The notes under the pieces are model-generated. The model was not told the DNA's origin and searched no databases. It was given only the letters and a program-made list of their open reading frames with translations. From a virus, in IMG/VR virus record IMGVR_UViG_3300035183_000460, positions 1 to 64,000 of that record: DNA of 64,000 nt; one strand, given 5' to 3'. Positions within the stretch are counted from its first letter, which is position 1; every line of letters starts with the position of its first letter. This document shows positions 27,276-39,400 of the stretch, one piece after another. A program made the translations under genes and the position numbers.

Positions 27276-28456
27276 TTATACTTGGCGATGTTCATCTCGG
27301 TAAGGGATTAAATATTGGTAAAGGAGGTTTAGGAACACATTTAAATAGCCGTTTTGTTGATCAATTAAATTTACTTGATTGGACTTTAGATAGAGCTTTA
27401 GATAATTTAGTTAATGATATTATAATTACTGGTGATATTTTCGAAGATCCTAGACCATCATTCTTAATTATTACTCATTTTATTTCATGGTTAAAAAAAT
27501 GTCAGGCGAATGGAGTAAATATTCATTTAATAGCTGGAAATCATGATATCTTGAGAATGGGTAATTTTTATTTATCACCATTAGATATTATAATGGAAGC
27601 TGGAATAGATGGTGTTTATGTATATAAACATATAGATACAATATATATAAATAATTTGGCATTTACTCTTATTCCATTCAGAGACAGAAAATCTTTTAAT
27701 ACTGATTATAATGTTAATGCTCTTAAATTTTTACAAGAAAGTTTACAATATGAATTGTATAGTATACCATTAACTTGTAAAAAGATTGTTGTTGGACATC
27801 TTGCTATTGATGGCTCAATTCCAATTGGAGATGAAATTTGTGATATGACAAATGAATTATTTTGTCCTGTATCTATGTTTAATGGATATGATTATGTGTG
27901 GATGGGACATGTTCATAAACATCAAGTAATGCAAAATATTAATCCATATGTAGCTCATATAGGAAGTATGGATATATCTAATTTTGGAGAATCTGAACAA
28001 GAAAAAAAGATTGCAATTATAAATGATAAGAATGATAAGGATAGTTTTTTTCATTATGAAAAGCTTCCAACAAGAAATTTAAAAAAAATATCTATTGAAG
28101 TTCCTAAAGATGAAGATCCAAATATATTTATTATTAACGAAATTAATAAAATTCAAGATTTGAATGAATCTATTGTAAAGATAGATATTGGTTTATCTTA
28201 TAATGCAAATAAAATAAATAGATCATTAATAGAAAAATCTTTGAAAGATAAAGGTGTTTTTAACATTGCATCATTCTCAGAAACTAAAAAAACTAATTTA
28301 ATCAGTAATGATACATCAAATTCTATTGATAATAAAATGAACGTACTATCAGCAATTAAAAAATATTCTGATCTATTTATAGATAAGCAAAAGCAAAATG
28401 ATTTTATAAGCTTAGCGTCAGAGATATATAAAAAATTACATTCGGAGAATGTATAG
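27266..28456 (+). CDS. sbcD: SbcD/Mre11-like nuclease
   Basis: GDVHLG, TGDIF, GNHD, GHVH. Confidence 0.92.
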   Translation: MSVIILGDVHLGKGLNIGKGGLGTHLNSRFVDQLNLLDWTLDRALDNLVNDIIITGDIFEDPRPSFLIITHFISWLKKCQANGVNIHLIAGNHDILRMGNFYLSPLDIIMEAGIDGVYVYKHIDTIYINNLAFTLIPFRDRKSFNTDYNVNALKFLQESLQYELYSIPLTCKKIVVGHLAIDGSIPIGDEICDMTNELFCPVSMFNGYDYVWMGHVHKHQVMQNINPYVAHIGSMDISNFGESEQEKKIAIINDKNDKDSFFHYEKLPTRNLKKISIEVPKDEDPNIFIINEINKIQDLNESIVKIDIGLSYNANKINRSLIEKSLKDKGVFNIASFSETKKTNLISNDTSNSIDNKMNVLSAIKKYSDLFIDKQKQNDFISLASEIYKKLHSENV

Positions 28457-30651
28457 TGATTCCAGTAAGATTAATTATAGAAGATTTTTTTTGTCATGGT
28501 AGAAGTGAAATCGATTTTACTCAATTTAATTCTGCATTAATTGTTGGAAAATTATTAGGAAATGATTCATATTCAAATGGTGTTGGTAAGAGCACTATTT
28601 TTAAAGCCATAGAATATGTATTATTTAACCAATCTGATTCTAATTTAGATAAAATAATTAGAGATGATGCATATTCATGCAAGGTTATTTTATATTTTAA
28701 CTCAGATAATAATTTTTATAGATTATCTAGGTCTAGAAATAAAAAAGGTATAAGTGACTTATCTTTACATATTCGTACAACAAATTTTGCATTAGATGAG
28801 AATATTTTTGTAGATACAGTAGATAAAGATTCTGTTGTTTGGAGAAATATTTCTGGTCGTAGAACGGCTGACACCGAGTTAGATCTTCAAAAGTTAATTA
28901 AGATAAATTATAAGATATTTAGAAATACATCTCATTTTGTGCAGAATGATATGGCTGGATTAGCCACATTAACTCCAGAAAGAAGAAAGTCATTATTAAA
29001 GGATGTTTTTCAATTATTAGTTTATTCTAAATTAGAAAAGATTGCAAAAGATGAGTGTGCTTTATTAGTTAAAGAGAATCAAAAAATTGATGTTATGTTG
29101 GAATCTCTCCAAAATCTTGAGAGTATTATTAATAATAATGACAAAGAATTAATTATAAATAAAAATTTGCTTGATTCTAAAAATAGAGAATTTGATTTGG
29201 CAAATTCTGATTTATCATTAATAAATGAAGATATTTTATCATTAGATAAACATATCAATTCCATTGAGTCTAAAAGCCAATTAATACAAGATAAAAAAAT
29301 ATCTTTAGTTAAAGAATTATCAAAAATAGAAAAAGATATACAAAATATTAGTATAAAGAAAAATGGTATATTATCTGAAGAAGATAGTATAATGAAGATA
29401 ATATGTGAAGCAAGAGAGTCTATTGATAAATTATCAGATAATAGTGATAAACTAAAAGAATTTGAGCAAAAATTATCTTTGATAAAAGAACAAATATTAT
29501 TACAACAAGTTAATATAAAAAATTATTTATCTGAAATTGAAGAACTTAAAATACCATTACCAAAAGATTCTATATGTAAATATTGTAGACAACCATTATC
29601 TGATGAATATAGAATATCGTGCCAGAAAGAGATTAACAATAAAATAATTTATTTAGAGACATTAATTAAAGAAGCAAAATCATTATCATTAGATTTAACT
29701 AGACAACAAAATTATATATATAATTCTATTATACAAATAGAGAAAGATAAAAAACAAATTTCATTGTTGAATGAAACAATTATTTCAAATGAAAAATTAT
29801 TAGAAACAAAAAAAACTTTATATGAAGAATACAATAATATTTTTCTAAAATATCAAAAAGATCTTGATAATAAAAAAGTTGAATTATCTGATATTGAACA
29901 ACAATTGTTGTTACTTAATTCATCTGAATTATTTAATCTTAAAAATAAGTTAAGTGATTTAAATTCTAAAAAAAATGAAATTTTAGCAAAAATTGCATCT
30001 CTAAATAAAGAGATAACACATATAAGCAATAATATTGCTGTCTTATCACACACATTAGATCAAAAGAAAGCAGATTTAATAAAACGTGATAATTTAATTA
30101 AATCTAAGAAAGAGTTATGTAATAAAATTGAAAATTATAATTTAGTTATTGAAGCTTTTTCATCTACAGGAATTCCAAATTTGATAGTGCACAATGTATT
30201 AGATGATTTACAAAATGAATGTAATGATTTGTTATCTAAAATTAGACCTGGATTACAACTTTCATTTATTATTGAAAAAGAGAGAGACAATGGAACACAA
30301 GATGATACTTTAGATATAAAGTATTACCTTAACAATCGAGAGCGAGACTTTGATCAATTATCTGGAGCACAAAAAATATCTGTTTCTTTTGCTCTTAAAT
30401 TAGGATTATCATTTTTATTACAAAAAATGTTTGATGTAGAAATTAAATTATTATTATTGGATGAAATAGATCAATCATTAGATAAAATTGGAGTTGATGC
30501 TTTTGCGGATATAGTTAATATCTTTAAAAAAGATTTTAAAATTCTGGTTATTACACATAATGATAGATTAAAAGATAAATTTAGTCATGCTATAATTGTA
30601 AATCAGGATAGTTCAGGTGTATCTTACGCAACCGTATCACCATCTTGGTAG
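28456..30651 (+). CDS. sbcC: SbcC/Rad50-like SMC ATPase
   Basis: NGVGKST, coiled coil with CKYC hook, LSGAQK, LLDEID, ITH. Confidence 0.93.
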   Translation: MIPVRLIIEDFFCHGRSEIDFTQFNSALIVGKLLGNDSYSNGVGKSTIFKAIEYVLFNQSDSNLDKIIRDDAYSCKVILYFNSDNNFYRLSRSRNKKGISDLSLHIRTTNFALDENIFVDTVDKDSVVWRNISGRRTADTELDLQKLIKINYKIFRNTSHFVQNDMAGLATLTPERRKSLLKDVFQLLVYSKLEKIAKDECALLVKENQKIDVMLESLQNLESIINNNDKELIINKNLLDSKNREFDLANSDLSLINEDILSLDKHINSIESKSQLIQDKKISLVKELSKIEKDIQNISIKKNGILSEEDSIMKIICEARESIDKLSDNSDKLKEFEQKLSLIKEQILLQQVNIKNYLSEIEELKIPLPKDSICKYCRQPLSDEYRISCQKEINNKIIYLETLIKEAKSLSLDLTRQQNYIYNSIIQIEKDKKQISLLNETIISNEKLLETKKTLYEEYNNIFLKYQKDLDNKKVELSDIEQQLLLLNSSELFNLKNKLSDLNSKKNEILAKIASLNKEITHISNNIAVLSHTLDQKKADLIKRDNLIKSKKELCNKIENYNLVIEAFSSTGIPNLIVHNVLDDLQNECNDLLSKIRPGLQLSFIIEKERDNGTQDDTLDIKYYLNNRERDFDQLSGAQKISVSFALKLGLSFLLQKMFDVEIKLLLLDEIDQSLDKIGVDAFADIVNIFKKDFKILVITHNDRLKDKFSHAIIVNQDSSGVSYATVSPSW

Positions 30652-30658
30652 GAAATAA

Positions 30659-31270
30659 ATGTACAAAATAGCTTTATGCGGAAAAGCAAATACAGGTAAA
30701 AATACTACTGCTAATATTATAATTGAAGAGCTTAGAAAATATAATAATTGTATTTATTGTAAAAATATAGCTTTTGCAGATCCAATTAAGAAAATAGTGA
30801 GACTAATGTTTCCTTCAATTAAAAGGAAGTTTTTATTCGGACCATCTAAATTTAGAAATGAAATAATTGATGGCGCATATGATGATCTTGGTAATAAGTT
30901 AACTATTAGAAAAGCTTTATTAGATATTGGTACCAAAGTAGGAAGATCATATAAAGATACTGTGTGGTTGGATGTATTCGATCATAAATTTAATGAGGCA
31001 GTAAATAATGGTTACAATGCTGTAATTGTTCCAGATTTAAGATTTAACAATGAATATAACCATTTAAAGAATAAGGGATTTTTTATAATTAAAATCATTA
31101 GGAATAATGACGATGTTATTCAACATATTTCAGAGACTGAACAAGATATGATTCCGTTATCAAAATTTGATTGTGTGATAGATAACAATGGTTCTTTATA
31201 TGATCTTAGAAATACTATTAAAAATATGATTATTCCTAAAATAAAATTAGTTCAAAGCATTGAAAAATGA
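30659..31270 (+). CDS. Deoxynucleoside monophosphate kinase
   Basis: GKANTGKNT, AFADPIK, R..L..IGT..GR, DLRF.NE, HISE. Confidence 0.85.
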   Translation: MYKIALCGKANTGKNTTANIIIEELRKYNNCIYCKNIAFADPIKKIVRLMFPSIKRKFLFGPSKFRNEIIDGAYDDLGNKLTIRKALLDIGTKVGRSYKDTVWLDVFDHKFNEAVNNGYNAVIVPDLRFNNEYNHLKNKGFFIIKIIRNNDDVIQHISETEQDMIPLSKFDCVIDNNGSLYDLRNTIKNMIIPKIKLVQSIEK

Positions 31271-31293
31271 GTATATTTTAGTATATATTTAAT

Positions 31294-31593
31294 ATGTCCA
31301 ATGCATTTATAGAAAAATATAAAAAGGTTGGTGAACAAAAATTTTATAGATTTTTGCTTACCTATGCATTGAATAAGCTATTATTGGTAAATACAGGAGA
31401 ATCTAAAACAATAAGTCCAGAGTTAGAGTATTTGGAATACTACAATAGATTTATTATATTATATAGGCGTGATGGTGATGCTGTTAATTTAGAAATTGCA
31501 AAATGTTTTCGTAAAGCTGCCCACAAAATTTATAGAATTATGTTAAAAAAGAATATGATAGAAAAAAACTATAGCTTTTTAAATTTGGTATAA
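31294..31593 (+). CDS. Hypothetical protein
   Basis: 99-aa ORF. Confidence 0.7.
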   Translation: MSNAFIEKYKKVGEQKFYRFLLTYALNKLLLVNTGESKTISPELEYLEYYNRFIILYRRDGDAVNLEIAKCFRKAAHKIYRIMLKKNMIEKNYSFLNLV

Positions 31594-31594
31594 A

Positions 31595-32578
31595 ATGGTA
31601 GTAATAAGTGTTTCTATTACTGAATCTTCTGATCAAATAATTTCTGGTATACCAAAATCAGTATCTATTTCTACCAATATTCCTGCAACAATTTTTTATA
31701 CATTAGATGGGTCAGATCCTACTATATATTCTTCTATTTATACCTCTGCAATAATAATGCCAACAGATCAATTGTCTGTAACTTTAAAAGTGTTTGCATC
31801 TAATGGTATAGATAATTCTGCAATAATAACAGAAACATATACTACAAATATATTAAATAATTTACGTGTACCACACGCAGCAACTACAGCAAATACAGGT
31901 GTTAGTTTATCTAATAAATATCCTTTTGGAACCAATCCAAATCAACCCCAATCAAATTATTTAAATCCTGGAGAAGCTGGTACTACTGTTAATGATTCAG
32001 CTTTACCTCGTGATGGAACAGCTTATGATGGAACTGGTAATAAAACTGCAGAAACTAATTTACCATATGTTCCTGAAAATTATGATATAGTGTATCCCAA
32101 AACAAATTCTATTGGTGAAGTTACTATTGGTGTAGGTGATATACCGTCAAAAATTAAAGTACAACCAACAATAGAAGCTCCACAATCATCAAATTCTTAT
32201 GATAAATTATTTGATCCAAGAGCATTTGTAATTTTTCAGGATGCATCAAAAGAAGATCCTACATTACCTCCAAATATAAATAGAATATCTTTTACGTTAG
32301 AAAATTCTGAGAGAGCAAGAACCGGAAATAATTTTTTTACGTCAGGCTTGGATTCTCAAGCAAATACTGGAACATTTTTACGTTCACATTTTAATCCAAG
32401 AGATAATACTATTACATATTATTATTTAGACAACATTTCTAATAAATGGATTATTTCCAAGATTCCATATCAGCCAAAAGGTGATGTTGGTAATCTTTAT
32501 AGTATTGTATTATCTAAAAATAAAGGAGCTGGAATGGTATTTCAGTGGTATCCATTTAACAGAAGAATATTATTTTAA
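31595..32578 (+). CDS. Protein with chitobiase/FN3-associated Ig-like domain (possible virion protein)
   Basis: ATIFYTLDGSDPT..S.IYTSAI. Confidence 0.65.
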   Translation: MVVISVSITESSDQIISGIPKSVSISTNIPATIFYTLDGSDPTIYSSIYTSAIIMPTDQLSVTLKVFASNGIDNSAIITETYTTNILNNLRVPHAATTANTGVSLSNKYPFGTNPNQPQSNYLNPGEAGTTVNDSALPRDGTAYDGTGNKTAETNLPYVPENYDIVYPKTNSIGEVTIGVGDIPSKIKVQPTIEAPQSSNSYDKLFDPRAFVIFQDASKEDPTLPPNINRISFTLENSERARTGNNFFTSGLDSQANTGTFLRSHFNPRDNTITYYYLDNISNKWIISKIPYQPKGDVGNLYSIVLSKNKGAGMVFQWYPFNRRILF

Positions 32579-32642
32579 TTAAAATATAATCTTGGATATA
32601 TTATTGTTGTAATTTCTAAATTAAGTATAATAAGTATAGTTA

Positions 32643-33428
32643 ATGATAAATCATGATGAACAATTAAGATTGTCAGTGTCTAAAACTAAAACATTCTTGG
32701 ATTGTCAGAAAAAATATTATTTTGCGTATGTTCTAAAATTACCTAGAAAAGAATTTTCTTTTCATACTTTTGGTAAATTTTGTCATAAAGTACTTGAGGA
32801 TTTTCATTTAACATACATTAATGGTTCACAAGAACCTTATAATGAGGTTATGACACGTGTATTTAAATGCGCAATTCAGGAATATAAAAATAATATGACT
32901 AAAGAGATGCGAAAGGAATGTTGGGATATTATAAATCAGTATTTAAAAATTGTATATAGTTGTAATATTGTAAAAAATGTAATTGCTTGTGAAAAAAATT
33001 TTGAATTAAATATTGAAAATAAAATTATTTTAAATGGTATGATTGACAGGATACAATTAGATGACGATAATACATTGCATGTATGTGATTATAAAACTAC
33101 AAAAAATAAATCATATATAAAGGATGATTTTTTTCAATTATTAACATATGCTTATGTATTAATGTGTGAAGATCCTACAATTACAAAAGTCAGGGCTTCT
33201 TATATCTTATTAAGACATAACTTTGAGTTTATTACTAAAGAATTTAATAAAGATGAAATACTATCAGTTAAAGATAAATATATAAAATACGCTGATACAA
33301 TATTATCAGAAATTGAATTTAAACCTAATCCAACTGTATTATGTAACTATTGTGATTTTTTAGAAAATTGTGATGCCGGTAAGGCTAAAACAAATAAATT
33401 GGACGTTTTCGGTGAGATAAATTGGTAA
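32643..33428 (+). CDS. PD-(D/E)XK exonuclease, AddB/Cas4-like with Fe-S cysteines
   Basis: LSVS....FLDC, G...H..LE, GMIDRI, DYKT, QL..Y, CNYC.....C. Confidence 0.88.
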   Translation: MINHDEQLRLSVSKTKTFLDCQKKYYFAYVLKLPRKEFSFHTFGKFCHKVLEDFHLTYINGSQEPYNEVMTRVFKCAIQEYKNNMTKEMRKECWDIINQYLKIVYSCNIVKNVIACEKNFELNIENKIILNGMIDRIQLDDDNTLHVCDYKTTKNKSYIKDDFFQLLTYAYVLMCEDPTITKVRASYILLRHNFEFITKEFNKDEILSVKDKYIKYADTILSEIEFKPNPTVLCNYCDFLENCDAGKAKTNKLDVFGEINW

Positions 33429-33438
33429 AGGAAATAAC

Positions 33439-34683
33439 ATGCAAATAGAAGTTGATGAATTAGAATATTGTAAATTATCTGTAAATTATGAATCTTCTAC
33501 AGAAGAAATTGATAATAAACGAGAGGAAATTCTTTCAATTTTTAAGAAAGCGCCCGTACCTGGATTTAGACCAGGTAAGGCTAATATGGAAGCTATTAAA
33601 TTATATTATAAGTCTCAAATAAATGAATCCTTGAAAAGGGCGTTGGCAGAAGAAGCTTTTCATAATACTTTATTTGAAAAAAATATAAAGCCATTAGGAA
33701 GTCCAACATTTACTAATATGTTGTTAAAGGATGGCAAATTTATTTGTAATTTTATATTGAATGTTAAGCCAAAATTTGAATTGTTGCAGTATAAGGGGAT
33801 GGAAATTCCAAAACCACACTCTAAAACAATTAATGAAGTTGCTGAAGAAATGTTGCAACAACTTAGAATTAAGTTTGGAACTTCTTCTCCTTATGAAGAA
33901 GATGAATTTGTTATTGAAGGTGATAACATAATTATTAATTATACAGGATTTGTTGATGGAGAAAAATCAGATCAACTTTCTGCAGAAGGAGAATTACTAA
34001 CAGTAGGTTCTAGCGATTTAAAGGAATTTGATAGAAATTTATTAGGTATGAAATTAGGTGAAACTAGAAAATTTTCTATTTTAGTTCCTGAAAATAGTAT
34101 CCCCTCTTTAAGTGGTAAATCAGTTGATTTTGAAGTTACATTAGTTAATGGATCTAAAGTTTCTCCGTGTGCACTAGATGATGAATTAGCTAAAAAATTT
34201 AATAAATCAACTTTTGATGAACTTCATAAAAGTGTATTAGAAGCGGCATCTGTACGTGTAAATACTACTGTTAAAACACATATTTTATCTCAAATATCTA
34301 ATAAATTAATTTCTGAACATGATTTTAAGGTTCCAGATTGGTTGGTTTTATATGAAGCTAAATATTTAGCACAACAATCTAAATTGTCATGGGATTCTTT
34401 ATCGGATAAAGATAAAGAATATTATATGTCACACGCAACATCAAATGTCAAACTTTCTTTAATATTAGATGAAATTAGAGAAAAAGAGAGTGATGCACAA
34501 TTATCTGATCAAGAGGTTTTAGATATGATTAAAGATAATTTATCTAAAACAAATCCAGAAATTTCTACTGATGATGTTATAAAACAGATGTCAACTAACG
34601 GTTATTTACAAGTATTATTTATTAAGATTCGAGATGAATTTGTATTAGATTTTATAGCAAAACATGCTAAAATTATTGAATAA
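33439..34683 (+). CDS. tig: Trigger factor (ribosome-associated chaperone/PPIase)
   Basis: VPGFRPGK ribosome-binding loop; FKBP-like core GD.IIINY.G..DG; LDDELAK; three-domain length. Confidence 0.9.
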   Translation: MQIEVDELEYCKLSVNYESSTEEIDNKREEILSIFKKAPVPGFRPGKANMEAIKLYYKSQINESLKRALAEEAFHNTLFEKNIKPLGSPTFTNMLLKDGKFICNFILNVKPKFELLQYKGMEIPKPHSKTINEVAEEMLQQLRIKFGTSSPYEEDEFVIEGDNIIINYTGFVDGEKSDQLSAEGELLTVGSSDLKEFDRNLLGMKLGETRKFSILVPENSIPSLSGKSVDFEVTLVNGSKVSPCALDDELAKKFNKSTFDELHKSVLEAASVRVNTTVKTHILSQISNKLISEHDFKVPDWLVLYEAKYLAQQSKLSWDSLSDKDKEYYMSHATSNVKLSLILDEIREKESDAQLSDQEVLDMIKDNLSKTNPEISTDDVIKQMSTNGYLQVLFIKIRDEFVLDFIAKHAKIIE

Positions 34684-34697
34684 GGAGATAAATTGTT

Positions 34698-34988
34698 ATG
34701 TCAGATACACAATTTCCTGCAAAATGGCTTAAAAAATTGCCAATAGGTTTTGTAGATAATGTTGAGAGTATGTCAAATGAAGAAGTTAAAAAGATAATAT
34801 TAGAATCTGAAGCTAATATATACACTATAGAAAAAGAAAAAGAAAAAGATGTTAAACTAAATGGAGCAAAAGATTTAGTTAAAGAGTATTCTGCTTCATA
34901 TAATGAAGCTAAATCTACACAACAAGCTAAAATCAAATATTGTTTATTCTTGTTGGAAGGTAGAGGTATTGCATTAGACTCTAAATGA
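34698..34988 (+). CDS. Hypothetical coiled-coil protein
   Basis: 96-aa ORF with AAGGAG SD. Confidence 0.75.
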   Translation: MSDTQFPAKWLKKLPIGFVDNVESMSNEEVKKIILESEANIYTIEKEKEKDVKLNGAKDLVKEYSASYNEAKSTQQAKIKYCLFLLEGRGIALDSK

Positions 34989-35278
34989 GTATAACAATCA
35001 TGAAAATAGATAGATTTATTACTAAGTCATGTTGTGGAAAAAGTTCAATTACATTAAAATTAGATAGACCAATTACAATTGATTTTTTAACATTGCTTGT
35101 AAGAAATGGTTTTTCTGAATTATCTAATTTTACTAAGTCTGGTATACTTTATGTTGAAAATGATTATATAATAGCTACAGGAGCTTTTGGTACAGATAAG
35201 TTACAAATTAGATGTAAAAAGTCAGATTGTCAAGAAAATATTAATAATTTTGAGGATATACTGAATAGTATAGTATGA
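34985..35278 (+). CDS. Hypothetical protein
   Basis: 97-aa ORF. Confidence 0.7.
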   Translation: MSITIMKIDRFITKSCCGKSSITLKLDRPITIDFLTLLVRNGFSELSNFTKSGILYVENDYIIATGAFGTDKLQIRCKKSDCQENINNFEDILNSIV

Positions 35279-35300
35279 CAAATTATTATATAGTGATTTT

Positions 35301-35936
35301 ATGAAGATACTTTCTAGAAATGATTCAATGATTTTTACATGTTATCATGAAGCTGGACATATAATTGTTGGATCATTGATGTTTTTTAACATAACTTATG
35401 TAATTATTAAAACTTCTAGAGAGGGTGATACAAATTATGAGACAATTGATGATAATATAATTGATAATTGTGAATTGTTATATTATCATAATATTGCTCA
35501 TATTAATATGTATTATGCTGGAATTATTTCAGATAGAATTTTGTATAAAGATATTACAGGTGCAAATATTTTACCGAGATCATTAGAAAGGTGTGCTAAT
35601 TATGATATGCAGAATGTTTCTTTATTATTAAAGAATAAAAAATTGGTTAAATCAGGAACATCAACAGAAAATTTTAAAAAGAAAATTATTAATTTATTAA
35701 ATAAATTAATGCTTAAATATTGGTCTGATATAAAATTAATTGCACATGCTCTATATAATAATAGAAAATTGTATCATTACGATATAAGAAATATTCTTAC
35801 TAAAAAAAGTGTTAATAAAAAATTTTGGAAACAACATTTTAAATACATAAATTTTTATGTTTATAAAAAGAAAAAACTTAATCCTAATGATATTAAATTT
35901 TTAATTAAAAAATATAAAAGCTATGTAAAATCTTAA
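35301..35936 (+). CDS. Stand-alone M41 (FtsH-protease-like) zinc peptidase
   Basis: YHEAGH, YYAGIISDRIL, CANYD (third ligand), IAHAL. Confidence 0.7.
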   Translation: MKILSRNDSMIFTCYHEAGHIIVGSLMFFNITYVIIKTSREGDTNYETIDDNIIDNCELLYYHNIAHINMYYAGIISDRILYKDITGANILPRSLERCANYDMQNVSLLLKNKKLVKSGTSTENFKKKIINLLNKLMLKYWSDIKLIAHALYNNRKLYHYDIRNILTKKSVNKKFWKQHFKYINFYVYKKKKLNPNDIKFLIKKYKSYVKS

Positions 35937-36444
35937 ATATTTAAGTATTTATGATATTTTTTACGATAAAATGCCACGTTTTTATTTTTATGATTCATCA
36001 TGCAAATACCAAAATATTGTTTATTCTTTAACTTTTAAAGTAGTTAAATAAATGTATTAATTTAATTAAATATTTTTGAAATATGATACATTTATCATTT
36101 TCTTTCAGTTAAATATTATTTATACCATGATGGTATGTAATAGTACATAATAAGTTATGAGGTCAACAATAAATATAAAAATTAAAATGTTATCTGCATT
36201 TTAATATTATTTATCAACTTACTCTATATACAAATCATAATGTATACAATTGTTGATATATTGAAATGACTAACAAACGTGGATTACATAGTGTATGTGA
36301 TAATTGTGTATACGAAAATGGTATAGCAAATATAGTTAATAATATACTCAACATAAATCAATTACATTGTATCGTAATTCATTATCATTATAAGTAATCA
36401 TAAATGGTACTTTTGATAATTGAAAAATATGAACAGGAATATCT

Positions 36445-39400
36445 ATGTCTATAGAATTTGTTAATTTACATAATCATACACATTTTTCTATTTTAGATTC
36501 TTTAATTTCTCCTAAAGATTTATTTGAACGTGTCAAAGAGTTAAGACAAACTGCAGTAGCGATAACAGATCATGGCACTTTATCTGGTATCTGGGATGCC
36601 TATAAAGAATATAAAAATACTGGTGTTAAATTAATTGTTGGTTGTGAATTTTATTTCGTAGATTCTGTTCTTAATAAAGAAGAAAAGTTTCGTCATGTAG
36701 TGTTGCTAGCCAAAAATGCAGTTGGATATAGAAATATTCTAACTCTAAATAGACGTGGTTTTGATAATTATACTTTGCATGGCAACAGAGTTTATTCTTT
36801 AATTGATTGGGAATTATTAGAAAAACATTCAGATGGAATTATTTGTTTAACATCTTGTGGTAACGGCATTATAGGACAACTTTTAACAAATTCAAGATTT
36901 GAAGAAGCAGAGTCTGCTGTACTTAGATTGAAATCTATCTTTAATGAAGATCTTGGTTTAGAAATACAAGCAAATAATATGTCTAGAGCATCTAGTATAT
37001 ATAATGATAAAGTTGAACAAAATTTTATTAATCGTCGTATAATTAAGTTAGGTCAAAAACATAATATAAGAATTGTTCCTACAACAAATTCTCATTACTT
37101 AAAGAAAGAAGATGCGGATATTCATGATGTACTTCTATCTATTGGTGCACATCAATCAATTTATTCTAATTTTAGATTAAAATATCCTGTAAAAGATTTT
37201 TATGTTAAAAGTGGTCAAGAAGTATTTGATTTCTTTGCTAGGATTTTTGATGAATCTAAAGCAGCAGAATGGTGTGCAAATACTATTTATTTTGCTAATA
37301 AATGTGAGAACCCAGATTGGGTAGATCCAAAATATTCTAATCCTTCTGGTAAGGAATTACCAGAATTTCCAGTTAAATTAGAAGATGATTACCAAGATTT
37401 CTTAAATTGGCTTAATTTACAGGGTAATGATGTTAAAGCTCTTGAAGAGGACAAACAATATTTACGATATAAATGTTTTAAGGTTTTTGATAAAAAAGTG
37501 CCAATAGATAAAATAGATATTTATAAAGCCAGATTGAATGAGGAATTAGATGTAATTGAGTATCACGGTTTTTCTAGTTATATGTTAATTGTTGCAGATT
37601 ATATAAATTGGGCGCGTAAAAATAATATTTCTGTTGGCGAAGGTCGCGGTTCTGTTGGCGGCTCATTAATTGCATATTTATTAGATATTCACAGGGCTGA
37701 TCCTATAAAATATAATTTGATTTTTGCCAGGTTCCATAATAAAGAGAAATCTTCTTTTCCAGATATTGACACTGATTTTGCTCCTTCTGGAAGAGAAAAA
37801 GTTCAAAACTATATTAGAAATAAATATGGCGAAGATCATGTGGCTCACGTATCAAATTTTAATACAATTACTCCAAAAGTATATGTTAGAGATATTTGTA
37901 GATCATGTGAATTGGGTGGAAATAAAGAAACTGCAATTAAATTAGGTAATGATATTGCAGATTGCATACCAGCTAAAGATATTCATTCTATACATGATGC
38001 TTTAGAAAAGGTTCCATTGTTTTCAGAATATGCTAACAAATATCCTGAATTAAAAAAATATGCAGAAATAAATGGAAAATATCGTGCATGGTCTACCCAT
38101 GCTGGAGGTATTATTATTTCTAAAAGACCATTAACTGGATTAGTTCCACTTAGAAAAGATAAAGATGGAATAATTGCAATAGAATATGACAAAGAACGTG
38201 CTGAAGAAAATGGTCTTATTAAGATGGATACTTTAGGCTTATCAACACTCGATATTATAGATACAACATATAAATTAATAAAATCGGCTGGAAAAGAATT
38301 GCCACCAGATCCATTAAATTATGATGAATATGACAAAAAAACATACGATTTAATTTCTAAAGGCGATACATTTTGTGTATTTCAATTAGGAACTAGTGCA
38401 GGTACTATTGAATTGTGTAAGCAAATAAAACCAAAATCTATTGAGGATATTAGCCATATTAATTCATTGGCTCGTCCCTCAGCTAAGGATATTAGAAATT
38501 TATTTATTCAAACTAAAAATGGTAAAAGGTCTTATTCTTTATTACACCCATCGTTAAATAGAGCTTTTGGAAGTACTTTTGGTTTTGGTTTGTATGAAGA
38601 ATCTCTTATGTATTTAGCACAAGATGTAGCGGGCTGGAGTCTTAATGATGCAGATCGTTTAAGAAAATTAACTAAGGAAAAAGGTAAAAATGCAAAAAAA
38701 GTGAAACAATGGCGTGAAGAATTTATTTCTGATGCAGTCACTAAGAATAATATTAATGAAGAAATCGCTAGAAAAATTTGGGATGATGTAATAGATAAGT
38801 TCCAAGGTTATGGATTTAATATGAGTCACTCTATTCTTTATTCTATGTTATCATATAAAACAGCTTATTTGAAAGCACATTATCCTATTGAATTTTTATT
38901 AGCAAATTTAATGTCTGAACTAAATTCTAATAGCCCAGATGCTTCTAAAAATATTTCTAAAATTAAACAAGAATTACGTGATAGAAATGTTAAAATTATT
39001 CCGCCAGATATCAATAAATCACAGCTAACATATTCATTAGTTGAAAATAATGTATTGATTACTGGATTAGATGCTCTTAAATTTGTAAGCAAAGATGCAA
39101 TTGAGGATATTATCTCTAAGAGACCATTTACAAGTTTTTATGATTTTATGAAAAGAGTTGATTCTAGTAAAGTTAGATCAAATACAATACAAGCACTAAT
39201 TTCTAGTGGGTGCCTGGATTCGTTTAACATTCCTAGAAAATTAATGTTTCTATATTGTTCTGATTATAGAAAGAAACTTACTAGTTGGCTTAAAAAGCAT
39301 GATCCTGAACGAGAACAATTTGTATATCCATGGACTAATGAAGATGAATGGACAAAGCCAGAATTATATGCTTTAGAAAAATTCTACATTGGTGAATCTT

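Noticed and set aside
32643-33428. Cas4 implying a CRISPR-Cas locus
   Set aside because: No cas1, cas2 or array; stand-alone Cas4/AddB-like nucleases are common in phage replication modules
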